Part shown: one piece after another, positions 16,570-29,987 of the stretch
Numbering within the stretch: the stretch's first letter is position 1
How the letters are laid out: each line of letters opens with the position of its first letter
Notes under the pieces: model-generated
What the model was told of the DNA's origin: nothing
Seen by the model: only the letters and a program-made list of their open reading frames with translations
Databases searched by the model: none
NCBI GenBank assembly: GCA_002269645.1
Contig: NIVC01000464.1
Span: 248,001 to 312,000, forward strand
From: Macrostomum lignano
Lineage: Eukaryota
Direction of reading: 5' to 3'
Length of the DNA stretch: 64,000 nt
Program-made: the position numbers and the translations under genes

Positions 16570-19500
16570 TCAGAACCTCGCCAGCTCCTGCTCAGCAGCC
16601 GCCAGCTTCTCCATCCTGTCTGCCAGGTGTCGCCTCTTTGCGCTAATCAGGGGATTCTCCTCGCGCAGCTTGTCGAACAGCGGCTGCGGCTCCGTGACGA
16701 GGACGATGAGCGACTCGCGCAGCTTGTCAGACATCTTGTGCAGCATGTAGTGCATGACTGCCAGGGTGATGGTGTCCTGCAGGCGCCTCACAGCCACTCG
16801 AATGTACGCCTCGGCTCCTTCCAGCACTCGCTGAGTGTTGCGCTCGACGATGTCCTGCATTGTCGCGGCCGGCTTCTCCGAGCTGATCGAAGCCTCCCCG
16901 CTCTTGCCTCCCGACTCCGGCTTGCGGTGCTGCAGGCGGAGCTTCTCGTTGTACGGCCTGCAGTGGTGGCGATGGCGGAGACGGTTCTGTTCAGCGAAGT
17001 GAGACCCAGGATTCTCTCACATTGGATTTAAGACTGCAGAGAGTATGCAGAGCCCGATTGCTGTTGGGGGCAAAGCCATGGATCAAGCCATAAGGGGCAG
17101 AGCAGCTCGATCAGCGGTAAACGCATCTGACACTCCTGGTTCGATTCCGTGAGCCACCACTTAGCGGGCATTGCATTTAATACCGTTACAGTCTGCAGAG
17201 ACCAATTGACAAACGAACAAGCCATTTATGAATATTTCATTATCGCGTTTTGATATCAGAATATACGTTGTGATTTAACCTCAATAGATTGTTATAGCTT
17301 TTCAGATATTGTAAGCTGCTCGTAGAGTAACTGAGAAGAATTATTGCACCGGTTGCTACGAGTACCAGCTGGACCAGCTGGACAGCTGCTTGAATTGGAA
17401 TTGCAGCTATTGGGCCAGATGATGTTGGTCTATACCCGATCTGACAAGACAGCATGCAGTGTATCTTTTGTATTCCTAGCGCTGCACTCGTATGCTAAAA
17501 TTTAGCGACGAATGCAGATGGTTAAAGGACAAGTCGCGTTGTGGCAATAAAATTTGATGTCACATCTGATCTTGCATCTACGATATGCACCTGCGTGTTC
17601 GAGCGTATACAGCGCTGATATGCAGCACAGGCACAGATTATTAAAGTCAATTCGTATGTATGTGTATTTTACTGCCATAAGCGGATGCTGGATTGCCTGA
17701 CGGCAGCAGCAACGCGAGTCGGCCTCATGCTGAACGCGCGGAAGACGGTAGAGCTTCATGGTGCCCTCCGACCTGCCTGCCCAGATCAACTACCGAGACG
17801 CTGCCGGGGGAAGCAATCATGCTTACCCTCTACCAGCGGTTCCTGTACCTCGGCGTTCTCGTGCCGGGCATTGCCGAGGACCTGATGAGACAACGAGGAC
17901 TAAGCCTGGGCCGCGTTTCGTTCTTTGCGCTCCGTGCTACATTCTGTGGCCCTGGATGACGGGCTCAGGGCTCGGCTGTTTCAGGCAGTCGTTGAGACTA
18001 TCTTGTTGTTACAACGCCGAAAACTGGACCCTGACGGACGCCTTGGAGAGGCAGCTGGACACAGCGCATGCGGCCATGCTGCGTGCGGAGTTCGGAGGGC
18101 GAAACGGTCCAGGTAGCGAGACCAACGCCGCACTCTACACAAGGGCACTTCTGGATGCGGCCCTCTGACCTGCTGCGCGGGCGGCGACTTCGACTGGCAG
18201 GCCACGTCATTCGGTCGGAGGCCCGCTGTCCTGAGCCGACAATCGAAGTGCTGCTGCACAAGCTGTAGGGACCGCGCAGGCGAGGCCAAGGGCGAACGGC
18301 GAACGGCGAGATGTCCTGACAGGCTTTTGACCGATGCTTACTCCCGGACCAAGCTGGAGGTTTTTATAGAGCTATGGTCCAGAGACGCGCTCTCTGACTT
18401 CTCCACCCTTTCTGGCTACTGCGTGACTGACGGGTGAAGTATTTTGTTGTTGTTATTGCTGTTGGTTTACTGCATTCAATTTACTACATGTGAACACAAA
18501 CATTCGATATGTGCATGTAAAGTAATTTAAATTCAATATCCAATTTGACTTACAGTGTGTAGGATAAAGTTACAAGTCAAGAAGCCAAGCAGATAAAACA
18601 AAAATGGTGTTCAAAACTACATTATAAATCTGCACTTACTTGTCCTTTTCCAGCAGGAAAATTCTGTCCTGCGTGAAGACGAACTCCTCCTCCGTGAAGA
18701 TGTTTTTGATTTGCTCCCTGGCAAGATCTACCTGCCCGGTTCTGATGCCCTCGCACACCTCCTTGATGAACTGGTTGAACGTTGGATAGTCGCCAAAGAC
18801 AAGATCAGCGAGGGTTCGCATCGTCTCGTCGACCTCCTGATTGACAGAGACCAAGAAATTGCTGCAGGGCTCCCGGACCAGCTTGAGAAAGTGGTTGCGC
18901 ACGAGCCGCTCCACCACAGGGTACACGTTGTCGAATCCTGGCAGCTCGCAGCCCCTCTGCTCCTCGATGTCCTTCTTGGCCGCCTCCCACATCGCAGTCA
19001 CTGTGTAAACGGGAATATAGCATTGCAACTGATAGTGATTCTGTGCTGTAATGTCACTGTGTAAACGGGAATGGCATTGCAACTGATAGGGATTCTGCGC
19101 TGTAATGTCACTGTGTAAACGGGAATGGCATTGCAACTGATAGGGATTCTGTGCTGTAATGTCACTGTGTAAACGGGAATGGCATTGCAACTGATAGGGA
19201 TTCTGCGCTGTAATGTCACTGTGTAAACGGGAATGGCATTGCAACTGATAGGGATTCTGTGCTGTAATGTCACTGTGTAAACGGTAATAGCACTGTAATT
19301 GATAAGAATTCTGTGCTGCACTGTCAATGTGTGAACGGGAATAGCATTGTAACTGATAGGGATTCTGGGCTGTACTGTATGTCAAGTGAATTTAATTTAG
19401 CCCTCCCACCATGAATTCTATATTTACTGCGAGATAGAAGGAGTACATCTCAAGAACCTCTAAAAGTTCCGGTGTTTTGTATTTTAAACAAAGCAGCAAA

Positions 19501-21458
19501 AAGTTTCTCTTTGCGCATATGGAGATACGAGTCTTCAAATCATTAGCCATTTAATGCGGCTGTTACATGTACGCCCTGAGTACTAACTGAATAACTTAAT
19601 CATATTTTAGAACTCTTCATCTAATTTCTCATAAATGCAGCATCTTATATTAAAAAACTCATATCGATAAGAGCGTATCGGTCGTACCGTCACTGCGATC
19701 TGAGAAGGCGCACTGCTCAATCTCGTCAGCCAGTGTCTCCCAGTGCTTGCGGCAGCGACCAAACAGCCTGTCTGGCTCGTGACGATGCGTTCCAGTGGAA
19801 ACATTGGCGAAATCCGTTGCAAATTTGTTGAGCATCCTTGCTAGAAGGCCTTTCATTTCGTCATTGTGTGCAGGAGGACCTTCGCCGATGGATTCCAGTT
19901 GTTTGCATATATCCTCTCTTTTCACCTTTCAAAAACAAAATTATTTTTGCTATTTACCAAAACAAACCATTTTAAGTGCACTGTAGTCATACTGTTGCAA
20001 TTACCAAAACAGTATATACCTGGATCTCTCTCATCAGCTCAGGGATGTTGTGCTTGATAGCGTCGTAGAGCTCGCTGCTCAGCTTCACCGCCAGAGTCTT
20101 GGTTCCGTACTCAAATTTGTCCAGAGCCCTGAAGTGCCGATGGGTCCGGAAGAACACTTCCTCCTCCCTAGCAGCCTGCTGCAGGCTCATGTTGTCCTTC
20201 AACTGCTGTGGTGTTCGGCACCTCACGGAGACATAGCCCTTCTTCAACTTAATCTTCCGGTTTTGCATGAGCGCCAGGACTTCTGATTCGGAGCCTGGGT
20301 TGACCAGGTCAGGACAGGTGAGAACTCCGATTGTCCGCTTCGATTCCGGGTCGACCTCTTTGGCTAGGGAGAGAGCCTCAACTGTCTCGATGTCTACGTG
20401 GCACGGGATGACAACCAGTATGATGACTTCTGGCTTTTGTATATAACTCATGATGAGAGATTTCGTTATGCCCGCCACGGCATATCCAGAATCGGCAGAG
20501 AATCTGTTTAGTAATTTGTGCATACAACATTGCAGTTAAAACATGCGAGTGTTCGGCTAGTTGTACTCTAACATGTAGAATAGATAAAAATGAAAAATGA
20601 CTCACCGAGCAATCCCCGGCAGATCAATCAGCGTCAAGTCGGGCGCCTCGGGGCTCTCAACCCAGAGCTCAATGATGTGCTCAGATATCTCCCCAGGAGA
20701 ACTTGTCATCTCATTTTGAGCCTCTCTGATTGCCTGTCCAATCTCGGGGGATGTGTTGAGGTTCTTTTCTTGATTCTGTCCTGACTTCGTTTGGTATCTG
20801 GAGAGAACAAAGTCATTACTTATGTTTCAGTTTTTTGGCGGCTGGATTCTGCTAAAACAAAATGACCCCCAGCTGTCGTTTTGTGTTCATCAGGGTGGTC
20901 TACTCGTTAGCACATTGCAGAGTATGTACATCCATGTATCATGCCTCCAATATATCAGAAAAAGCCTTACTTAATCCGTGCCGACCATCCAGGCTCATCC
21001 CTGCTCCGCATGCTGAGCATTAGAGGGCACCGGGTTACAATGCCTGTTCCGCGTGGAAGCTCAACGCCCGAAATGGCCTCGAGGACGGAAGACTTGCCGA
21101 CAGACTGGTCGCCCACAACTGCGATCGCCGGCAGCCGAATGTCCCTCTGCAAGCCTTGAGCTCGAAGACAGTCGATGGCATCCAGGCAAGGCTTCAGGCA
21201 TTCTCGGAACGCCTTTCCCAGCTCAGGAGAGAATGCGCCGTCTTCGGCGGCTGCCTGGTCAGATGACGGAATTGGTTGCGATTTTCGTCCGCCGTATTCA
21301 ACACTGCTGCCACTGCTGCTTCCTCCGTCGATGCCCGAATCGCCATAAGTTGATGCGGAGCTTCTGGAGCCAAAACCTTTTCCATCGCTATCCACTTGCA
21401 ATTTTTGATGCGACGAAGCCTGGCTTCCACTTCGAAAGGCTTGCGACTCTGTTTGCAT
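16570..21458 (-). CDS. MX: Mx-like dynamin-family large GTPase, paralog 1 (MxL-1); 6 exons, 716 aa, apparently intact
   Basis: Exons 21458-20971, 20797-20606, 20503-20020, 19925-19688, 19000-18640 and 16957-16570; all GT-AG with consistent phases; sum 2151 nt. G1 [10 protein letters not shown]2 [12 protein letters not shown]3 DLPG, G4 TCPD, stalk RGCELPGF and FTQD, C-terminal GED. No PH domain or PRD. Confidence 0.9.
17680..18462 (+). mobile_element. RTE-type LINE 3' fragment in MxL-1 intron 5
   Basis: [51 protein letters not shown] motifs across frameshifts; (TTG)n-like tail; absent from the MxL-2 intron. Confidence 0.8.
19001..19390 (-). repeat. 54/56-bp minisatellite (about 7 units) whose unit contains the exon-5 splice acceptor, MxL-1 intron 4
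   Basis: Minus-strand unit CCCGTTTACACAG|TGACATTACAGCACAGAATCCCTATCAGTTGCAATGCCATT; the true acceptor CCCGTTTACACAG|TGACTGCG is the last unit. Confidence 0.92.
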
Positions 21459-22529
21459 TATGGGAATTCAGTGCCAGTGGCCAGAAACATGTGTAGCTAT
21501 CTAAAGAGCACAGCTAAAATGCGATGCTTGTGTAGCCTTGTTCTGCCTTTAAATATACAAGATTTTGTGGCGAGCACTGTACTGCACTGCAACTGCATGC
21601 CGTTTACTGCAATTTTATTCTGTTTACAGAGCAGCCAGAGTTTTTATCTCATCTATAAGTTAAGAGTTTAAAAACAAGTACGATGGCAAATTTGCAAAGT
21701 TGCACAAAAATTGCACGTCTTTACAACACATCGTCGGTATATTTGTTAAATGTATGCAAAAGCCATATCATTTTATTTTGATCTTTGTCAAGGATGTCAA
21801 TTAAAATTTGTGGCTGAAAACGCGTTCCACATATAGTCACGTCTATTACTATGCATCTTTTGATAGCGTTCGACTACTGTGGGTTGTCGACGCTAGCCTT
21901 CCAGCAGAACCTGGAATAAATTACTGACGCAATAATTTTTTGGCATGCATCGTCAGCTACTGTATCATTCCTTTACGAATCTACATGTAAAGATTTTACC
22001 GCGCATTTGCTGCTTCATGAAGCCAAACTGGTGAAAGTCGGTAATGATCCCTGAAACTAACGCTCTTCTATAGGATCAATTGGTTTGCATGCAAAATGGG
22101 GACTTCGATCGTTCCAGAGGGAGAAGACCACCGACGCATCAGATAGAACACCGCCGGTGCATTCAAAATATGCTGTGAACATATCGCACACGGTGTGCCC
22201 GTCCAATTCCGCGAGTTCATAGCTTTCTGGTGTGTGTAAGCGTCATTTTAGAGCCTCAATGTACCGTCTCTACTCACTGCAGTACTCAAATCGAATTTTT
22301 TAATAGTTTATTTATTGAACCTAGGCTCAAACATGGTCAAACTTTGATCCGTGGCATTCCGACCTTACAAGAAATTACATGTTACATGTACTTGATTCAA
22401 TACCCCGCTGTGTGGCATTCCGTCGACTCGACATAGATTCGTTGTCTGGACGTCGAATTCACGTCGAATTTTAAAAAAATGTGTAAGTTTAGTCAGTGTT
22501 CTAAAATGAGATAGAAGCCAAAAAACATT

Positions 22530-23830
22530 ATTTAATTTATTTGCTTTTCTTCACGTAGTGAGTCAAAGGCAAAGCTAGCGCTGGACCTAAGCTGTAACGT
22601 CATTGCACGCAGGAGGTGTCTATCAAGGCTGATCCAGCGCTTCACTGTGAGGATCTGGGCGCCGGATGGACCCTCTACTACACATCGGCAGGAAATGGTG
22701 TCGGCCAACACCCGCTTTCGCAAGACACCCGGTTGGCTCGCGACCTTCGTGGGCTGCAAGCGGAGGCGGAGGAATGCGCGCGGCCGCAATGCGACGCAGA
22801 GGCAGGCACAGCTGGATCAAATGCTTGTGCGTCTTTTTGAGCGCCGCCGTGCTGTCAACTGCCGCACCATCACGCCGCTCTGCGGTCTGATAATCGGCAT
22901 CTCGTCTGCGACCTGCATGTACGCGATCTGCTTCACCGTCCGCGGAAGCGGCCAGCGCAGCGCTACTACCGTGTGCGCAAGGAGACCCAGGCTTGTCGCC
23001 ATTTCACTAGCGCCTTCGTCAGCGCGCTTGGCGACAGGTGCGGGCCCGCTGAGTACACGGAAGTAAGTGTCACGGTTAGAGCCACGGCAGAGCAAGCAGT
23101 CCAGCTGAGGCGACCGGCTCAACGTCGGCAGCCGGTCTTGCAGGATGACCCTGCGATTCGGCAAGCGACAGCAGAGCTGGAGAGGCACCGTTGGAGCAGG
23201 CGGCCAACTTGCCAGGCCGAGGAGGCTCTGGCGGCTGTCTACCTGCAGCGGCAACAGGCTGCTGTTGACGACGCCATCTAGGCCGTCACCGCCGGTGGAC
23301 CCGACGCCAAAGGGCATGTGGCTTGGTCCGCCATTAACGTTCTGATGGGGCTGAAGCGGCGCATCCCGCTCAACCTGGCTGGCGACACTCCGGATGAGCG
23401 CAGAAATGAGCTGCGCGAGTTCTTTGCCGCTATCTTCAACGCGCCGCCCCCCCTGCAGCTAAACGATCTGAGGCTGCCGCCGGGGAGGCCTTTGCTGGCA
23501 GAGGAGAATTTTAATGTAGCTCCAGTCAGCACAGCCGACGACGTTGTGATGCTCGCCCTGAGGACTCCGGGCGGCAAAGCGCTGGTTCCAGACGAGGTGC
23601 CCATTGAAGCGCTGGGACTAGCACGGCACGAGCCTATCGGATTTCTTTGAGACATTAAGTGCTTCATGCAGATACGTTTGCGCCGTTCCTGTTCGTCCTG
23701 GTGCTTGACTGGGTGCAGCAGACTGCTTTCCTTTCTAACGACGACGGCTTCCTGCTGCAGCCACACATGGGTCGACGCCAACCAGAGAGGCGGCTAAGCG
23801 TGCTTGGCTACGCCAACGATCTCGTCAAAT
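22530..23830 (+). mobile_element. Degenerate, internally deleted RTE-type LINE (endonuclease and RT remnants)
   Basis: GAGWTLYYTSA..GVG (APE region), GGKALVPDEVPIEAL, DTFAPFLFVLVLDWV...RLSVLGYANDL (RT YADD region). Confidence 0.75.
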
Positions 23831-24429
23831 GTTTTAGAATAATGTGTTGCGGGGGTGTGCCCCTCTGACGATGACTATGATCGTTGATGTTTCTGTTGAA
23901 TCAAATAAGTCGAAGGTTCGATTTGTTTCTCTCGATCTCTAACCTTCAACAAGATGTTTATTACTAATCAATGTTAGTAGCAATTCCTAATAGGATATTG
24001 ATCACGCAATTACGCAAATTTGTTAAGCAATTCAGTGAAAATGGAGCCACAGGCTACTTATCGATATTGTTGCACGAATTGACGTTTGTCCGGATTTATC
24101 TCTGTTAAATCGGGATATTAGAGTTCAGGCCCGATTGTTGGGGCAAGCTAGCGGAGCAGTTGAGGAGGCAAAGAGGCGGAGAGCCGAGAACCGGGAAAAA
24201 CTGGAGAGAGGCTTCATTCTCACTGAACGCTAGTATATTTATGATTTCTATAACGCATTTCATTGGTGTTCGCTTCACGCAATAGGATCTTTACTGGTGC
24301 ACAAGCATGTGCTGTACTTTCCTGATTGAAAAACCTTCTGAAGTTCGCATTAGACTAAAAAATAACATTGGGCATAACATGCTTAAATTAAGATCACTTC
24401 ACTCGCCCCGTTGTCCTCGACCCTCGAGG

Positions 24430-24690
24430 GCGCCCAGTCAGTGATTGAGACCGTCCTGTTGCACAATCCTGAGATTAGGACGCTGACGGATTCGCTCGAA
24501 TAGCCGGTCGAAGCGGCGCATGCTGGCCTGCTGCGCGTCGCCTTCAAGATCTGCTACGAGCACGTCACCAGCAAACTGTTGCGCCGTCGGCGGACTCTAA
24601 CTGGCAGGCCATATCATCTGAACAGAGTCCTAAGCTGCGCGCAACTGGTGCAGGGAGGCCGCTGCTGCTGACGTTTTTGTTGTTGTTGCT
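24430..24690 (+). mobile_element. Short RTE-type LINE 3' remnant
   Basis: Nucleotide similarity to 13640-14095 (GAGACCGTCCTGTTG.ACAAT...ACGCTGACGGA.TCGCTCGAA...GCGCATGCTGGCCTGCTGCGCG); GTT-repeat tail. Confidence 0.6.
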
Positions 24691-25892
24691 AGCTCAAACC
24701 TTCGGCCTCCATTGCTGCAGCTCCTTCTTCAGTACTCCAGGGACGCCCTCCCGTTGGTCCATAAATCCGATGCATTGGTCCATGGTCTATAGGTCCTTCT
24801 GCTTCTCAGTGTAGGGCCCAGTGTAGCACCGCGCTGATGGACCTTTTGGTTCGGCCTCTACTTTTTTCATGCCGGACCCTTTGCGGGGGAGCTTCTCGGT
24901 TGCTATAGCTGTCGGACCATTTATAGCTTATGCCACGGCCCCGGTTGCTATTCTTTTGGCTGGCTGTTGGGTTGGAGTTACGGCCCAGCAGCCTCTCACC
25001 TAGTCCCCACTCGCTTTTCAGCGACTCATGAAGTATTCTATTACTTCTAACGCGTTCGTTTGATGCTGCTGAAACGCCAACCGAGGTTATTACCGCGACT
25101 TAATCATACATTTTCAGCACCATAACTTCCGGTGCCTCTCACTCCAACAACCCTGCCGCCACTCCAGATAATACCGATGTTAGCAAAGTGGCTGGAAAGC
25201 AGGGTAGCGGGTCTCAGATCTTTAAGAGGAAGGCCTTATCTGTCCGCCTCTGAGGAGGGTTAGGGACTAAATTAGCGATTACATGTAGTCTCGCAAGATA
25301 CACACTGCACTGTGCAGGCTCAGAGCAGTCTGCTGTGGTCTAAGTTTTGTCTCAAATTTAGTCTTAAGCTCCACAGAAAATGTCAACCCAAAACTCAAGA
25401 ATTAGGCATTATTGTTGTAGTGTTGTAGACTGCGTAGCACATGTACATGTACCAACCTGCTGGGGTAGCGAGGTACAATGTAGATGGTAAAAGATGAATT
25501 GCAAAGTGCACCAGGTCAGGTAGGTCCGACTTCCGCCACTCTCAAACGTGCCGGTCGACCTTCTGTCTCGATATCGGTTGTGTGCAATTCGCTACGAAGT
25601 AAGATCGAATGATAAACATGAATGGACTGTTGCATAGTCTCCATCAAATTTTAGAATCATTTTGACATGAGTGATCGACTCGGCGAGTTTCAGAGTATTG
25701 GTTCGAAACTTAAAGAATATACGCTCGTATAAGGCATGGTTATATACTAGAAATTTCTGCCTTTTATTTCGATTTTTACTTAAAATGGTGTAGGTTAAGA
25801 CACACCGTTAGTACACCCTTAAAACAAGCATATTTTTTTCGGCAAAAGCAACAGACAAAACTATTTTTGTTTAGAGTAAACATATTTAGTAC

Positions 25893-26105
25893 TGAAGCGG
25901 CTTGCAAGTGGAAGCTTGAAAAGCAGCAAGCGAGCAAAAGATCTTGTGTATATTTGTTTAAGCATAGTCTTTATACTTGAGAGAATAGGGAGGTGTGAGT
26001 CAGAGCGAACTGGCTGGCTGGGCAAAGCTCCCCAGCAGCCAGGCGTGCAGGGGCCTGTGCACAGGCGGGCCCCGCACTCGACCGTGCACCAGTCTGGCCA
26101 CCACA
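25893..26105 (-). repeat. 3' LTR of Gypsy element (213 bp)
   Basis: Direct repeat of 29988-30198, with 4 substitutions and 2 single-base indels by manual comparison. Confidence 0.92.
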
Positions 26106-26126
26106 GAGCTCGCCCCCAGCACCGAG

Positions 26127-29100
26127 CTATTCGGCCAAGGCCGCCGGGCTCGGACGGCACCGGCGGGGTGGCAGTCGGCGGCTGGGGAAAGCAGCAATGC
26201 GTTGGGCCGCCGGCGGAATGTCGCCAGATGAAGAGGCGGGGTCGGCGGCAGAGTGCGCTGGGGGCGGCTCAGCGGGCAGCCGCGGCGGGCGGCCTCTCGG
26301 TCGCAGGGCCGGCGTCGGGAACGGGTCGACCGCGTCGATGACGGCTGGCTTCAGTCTCTCCACTGACACTCGGTCGCGTCGAGTGCCCAGATCTAGCAGG
26401 AAAGCTTTGGCGTCCCGCTCGAGGACCTTGAACGGGCCGTCGTAAGGTCGCTGCAGCGGAGGGCGGTGGCGTCGTCGTCGTCGTCGGACAAAAACGAACT
26501 GGCAGGCGTCGAGGGCGGCCGGCCAAGCTGTGGGGCGGCTGCCGTGACTGGATGTCGGCGTCGGCCGGAATGCCTGGACGGCACCGCGGAGCCGGGCGAG
26601 GAACTGGTCGTGGTCGCCGGCCGGCGGGCTGGGCTGCAGGCACTCGCCAGGCACGCAGAGGGGCGCTCCGTAGACCAGCTCGGCCGACGATGCCGGCAGG
26701 TCCTCCTTGGGGGCCGTCCGGATGCCAAGCAGCACCCAGGGCAGCTCGCTGACTTAGGCTGGTCCGGCCAGTCCCGCCATGAGGGAGGATTTCTGCTGCC
26801 GGTGGAAACGCTCGACCAGCCCGTTCGCCTGCGGATGGAAAGCCGTTGTCCGGTGGAGCTGCATTCCGAGGAACCGTGAGACGTTGGACCACAGCTGCGA
26901 CGTGAACTGCGAGCCGCGGTCCGAGGTGATGTCGCTTGGCACTCCAAACCTGGCGATCCAGTGGGCGATGAAGGCGGAGGCGCACGCGGCCGCGGAGGTG
27001 TCGGTCATCGGGATCGCCTCCGGCCACCGGGTGAAACGGTCCACGATGGTCAGCAGGTGCGTGAAGCCTTGCGAAGGCGGCAGCGGCCCCACCAGGTCGA
27101 CGTGCACGTGGGCGAAGCGCTGTTCCGTGACGCGGATATTGCAACGAGCGGCGACGTGCCGGTGCACCTTGGCTGTCTGGCAGGCGACAGAGGACCGGGC
27201 CCACCGGCTAACGTCCTAGTTCATGCCGGCCCACACGAACTTGGCAGCCACGAGGCGCCGCGTGCTGCTGACGGACGGCTGGGCGAGGCCGTGGATGGCG
27301 TCGAAGACGGGGCGTCTGAAATTCGGCGGCACCAACGGGCGCGGCCGGACTGTGGAGATGTCGCAGAGCAGGGCGAATCTCCGCTCCGCTATAAAAGGGG
27401 CTACAGCGGCTCAAGTTGTAGGCTGGCGTCTGCCTGACTGGCCGTATCGGCCGCCTGCGCCTGGGCCATGGATCCACGCGAAATCCACGCCGGGGAGCAG
27501 CCGGGGCTGCACAGAAGAGACCGTGCAGCGGGACAGCGCGTCTGCGACTGAGTTGTCCTTGCCTGCCACGTGCTGGATGTCCGTGGTGAACTCGGACACG
27601 TAGGCCAGGTGGCGCTGCTGTCGGGCGGACCACGGGTCGGACATCTTGGACATGGCGGCGACCAGCGGCTTGTGGTCCGTGAAAGCTGTGAACGCGCGGC
27701 CCTCCAGGAAATAGCGAAAGTCCCGGACCGCCAGGTATAGGGCGAGCAGCTCACGGTCGAATGCGCTGTACTTCTGCTCGGGCGGGCGCAGCTGCCGGCT
27801 GAAGAAGGCGAGCGGCTGCCAGGCGCTGCCAACCCGCTGCTCGAGCGCTGCCCCGACCGCGGTATCGGAGGCGTCGACGGTGAGGGCGATGGGCGCGTCT
27901 GGCCGCGGATGTACCAGCATGGCGGCGGAGGCCAGCGCCCGCTTAGCTCCGCGAAAGCGGCGGTCAGCTCGGGCGTCCACCGGACGAACTTCTCCTTGCC
28001 GGCCGTGGCCGCATGGATGGGGCGTAGCAGCTGGGCGGCGCGCGGCACGAAGCGGTGGTAGAAATTCACCATGCCGGCGAACTCCTGCAGGCCCTTGACG
28101 GTGGCTGGCGGTGCGAATCTGGCGATGGCGTCGACTTTGGCGGGCAGCGGCACGGCTCCCTGGGCGCTGATCCGGTGGCCGAGGAAGTCGATCTCGCTGC
28201 GGCCGAACTCGCACTTCGCCGGGTTGACGATAAGGCCGTTGTCCGCCAGGCGCTGGAAAAGCGTCCGCAGGTGCTCCCGGTGCTCTTGCGGGCTGTGGCT
28301 AGCGACCAGGAAGTCGTCGATGTAGGCGAAGACAAAGTCCAGGTCTTGGCAGACGGAGTCCACCAACCGCTGGAAGGCCTGGGCGGCGTTCTTGAGACCG
28401 AATGGCATTCGCAGGAACTCGAAGAGGCCGAACGGGGTGGTGACGGCGGTCTTGGGCACGTCGGCTGCGGCCACGGGTACCTGGTGGTAGCCACGAACCA
28501 GGTCGATTTTGGAGAAAACCGAGCAGCCGGCTAGGCGCACGGAGAAGTCCTGGATGTGCGGCACCGGGTAGCGGTCGGGCACCGTGGCGTCGTTTAGCCG
28601 CCTGAAATCGCCGCAGGGCCGCCAGCCACCGGAGGCTTTTGGGACCATATGCAACGGCGAGGACCAAGGGCTGTTGGACCGACGAACGATGCCGAGCTGC
28701 TCCAGGAGCCGGAACTCCTCCTTGGCCACCGCCAGCTTGTCCGGTGGCAGGCGGCGAGGGCGGGCATGGACCGGCGGGCCCTGCGTCGGGATGGTGCTCC
28801 ACCCCGTGTTGTGGCTCAGCCCGCTGGAAACTGGGCTCAGTGAGGGCGGGGAACTCGGCCAACAGCTGGCTGTACGAGTCCGCAGCGGCGGCTGCGGCGA
28901 GTTGCTGTCCGGGCCCCGCGCCGTCCAGCAGGTGCACACTGGCGAGCGAGCGGGCGTCCAGGAGGCGCCGGTGCGGCAGGTCCACCAGCAGGCCGTGGTG
29001 CCGCAGAAAGTCGGCGCCGATCAGCGGGCGGGAGACTTCGGCCAGAAGGAACGGCCAGGAGCAGCGCCGGATGCCTAGGTCCAACGTGAGCTGGCGGGTG

Positions 29101-29957
29101 CCGAAGGTTCGGATGAGGCTGCGAAAAGCGGCGGGCCTGGTGAGTGCAGGCGGGCGTCGGAACCAGCGACGGGGAAATTGCTGACCTCGGCGCCGGTGTC
29201 GACCAGGAAAAGCCGGCCCGTCTGCACATCCGGGATGAGGAGCAGGCTGCTGCTGTTGCCGGCTGTCGAGCTGTTAACTGACGGCCGGCCTGCCCGTTTC
29301 CCGAAACGACGGTGAAAGAAACACAGGCCGTCGTCCGGGCGGTGCTGCTGGGGCCGTCTCTGTCTGGCGCCCTTGCTGGCCGCAAAGACTGCCGGCTGGG
29401 CTTGCTGGGCCGGCTCTACCGCCTGGACGGAGGCCGGCTCTGGACGGAGGCCGCCACGAGCTGCGGCCGGCTGGCCCAGAGCTTGTCTGCCTCCTGCGCT
29501 GCTGCCCGGGGGTCCGCGAAACTGACGGTTGTCATGGCCATGCGTACTTCCGGTGGCAGCTGCTGGCGGAACAGCTCCTCGAATAGCAGGCAAGGGCGGT
29601 GGTTCCCCAGCAGGGCGAGCATCTCGTCTATCAGCTCGGAAGGCCGCCGGTCGCCGAGGCCGGACATGCTTAGCAGGCGATTGGCCCGCTGCTGAGGAGT
29701 CAAATCGAAAGTGCTGTTGAGACGCTCCTTTAGCTGAGCGTACTTGTTCGCCTCCGGAGGAGCCTCGAGCACATCGAGCAGGCGCTCTGCTTTCTGCTGG
29801 TCAAGAGCTGCGACCAGATGGGCGTACTTGGTCTCGTCCTGGGTGATGCCTCTCAGGGCCTGAACTGAGCTTCGGCCTGGATGAACCAGGCTCGAGGCTG
29901 GGCCGCCCAAAATGTGGGCAGCTTCAGGGACACAGCAGAGTCGGTTTTTTGGGCCAT
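26127..29957 (-). pseudogene. Gypsy gag-pol, frameshifted and with in-frame stops
   Basis: gag VSLKLPTFW..QAEAQF/LRGITQDETKYAHLV; protease FLVDTGAE; [21 protein letters not shown]; RNase H TVDAS, DRELLA, TDHKPL; integrase HVDLVGPLP, DRFTRWPEA, GLVERFH, PYDGPF. These are spread over several frames, with stops near 27218 and 26754. Confidence 0.88.
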
Positions 29958-29987
29958 TGCACGAAATGGCTGCGTAGGGCTCACCAA

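Noticed and set aside
16570-21458. Classical dynamin or Drp1/Vps1 ortholog
   Set aside because: There is no PH domain or PRD, and the length, [13 protein letters not shown], DLPGIAR and RGxELPGF motifs fit Mx-like proteins better. A phylogeny is still needed.
26197-29720. Numerous long plus-strand or alternate-frame ORFs over the Gypsy, LINE, XRN2 and Mx regions
   Set aside because: They are shadow ORFs of GC-rich coding sequence with few stops and no recognisable motifs.
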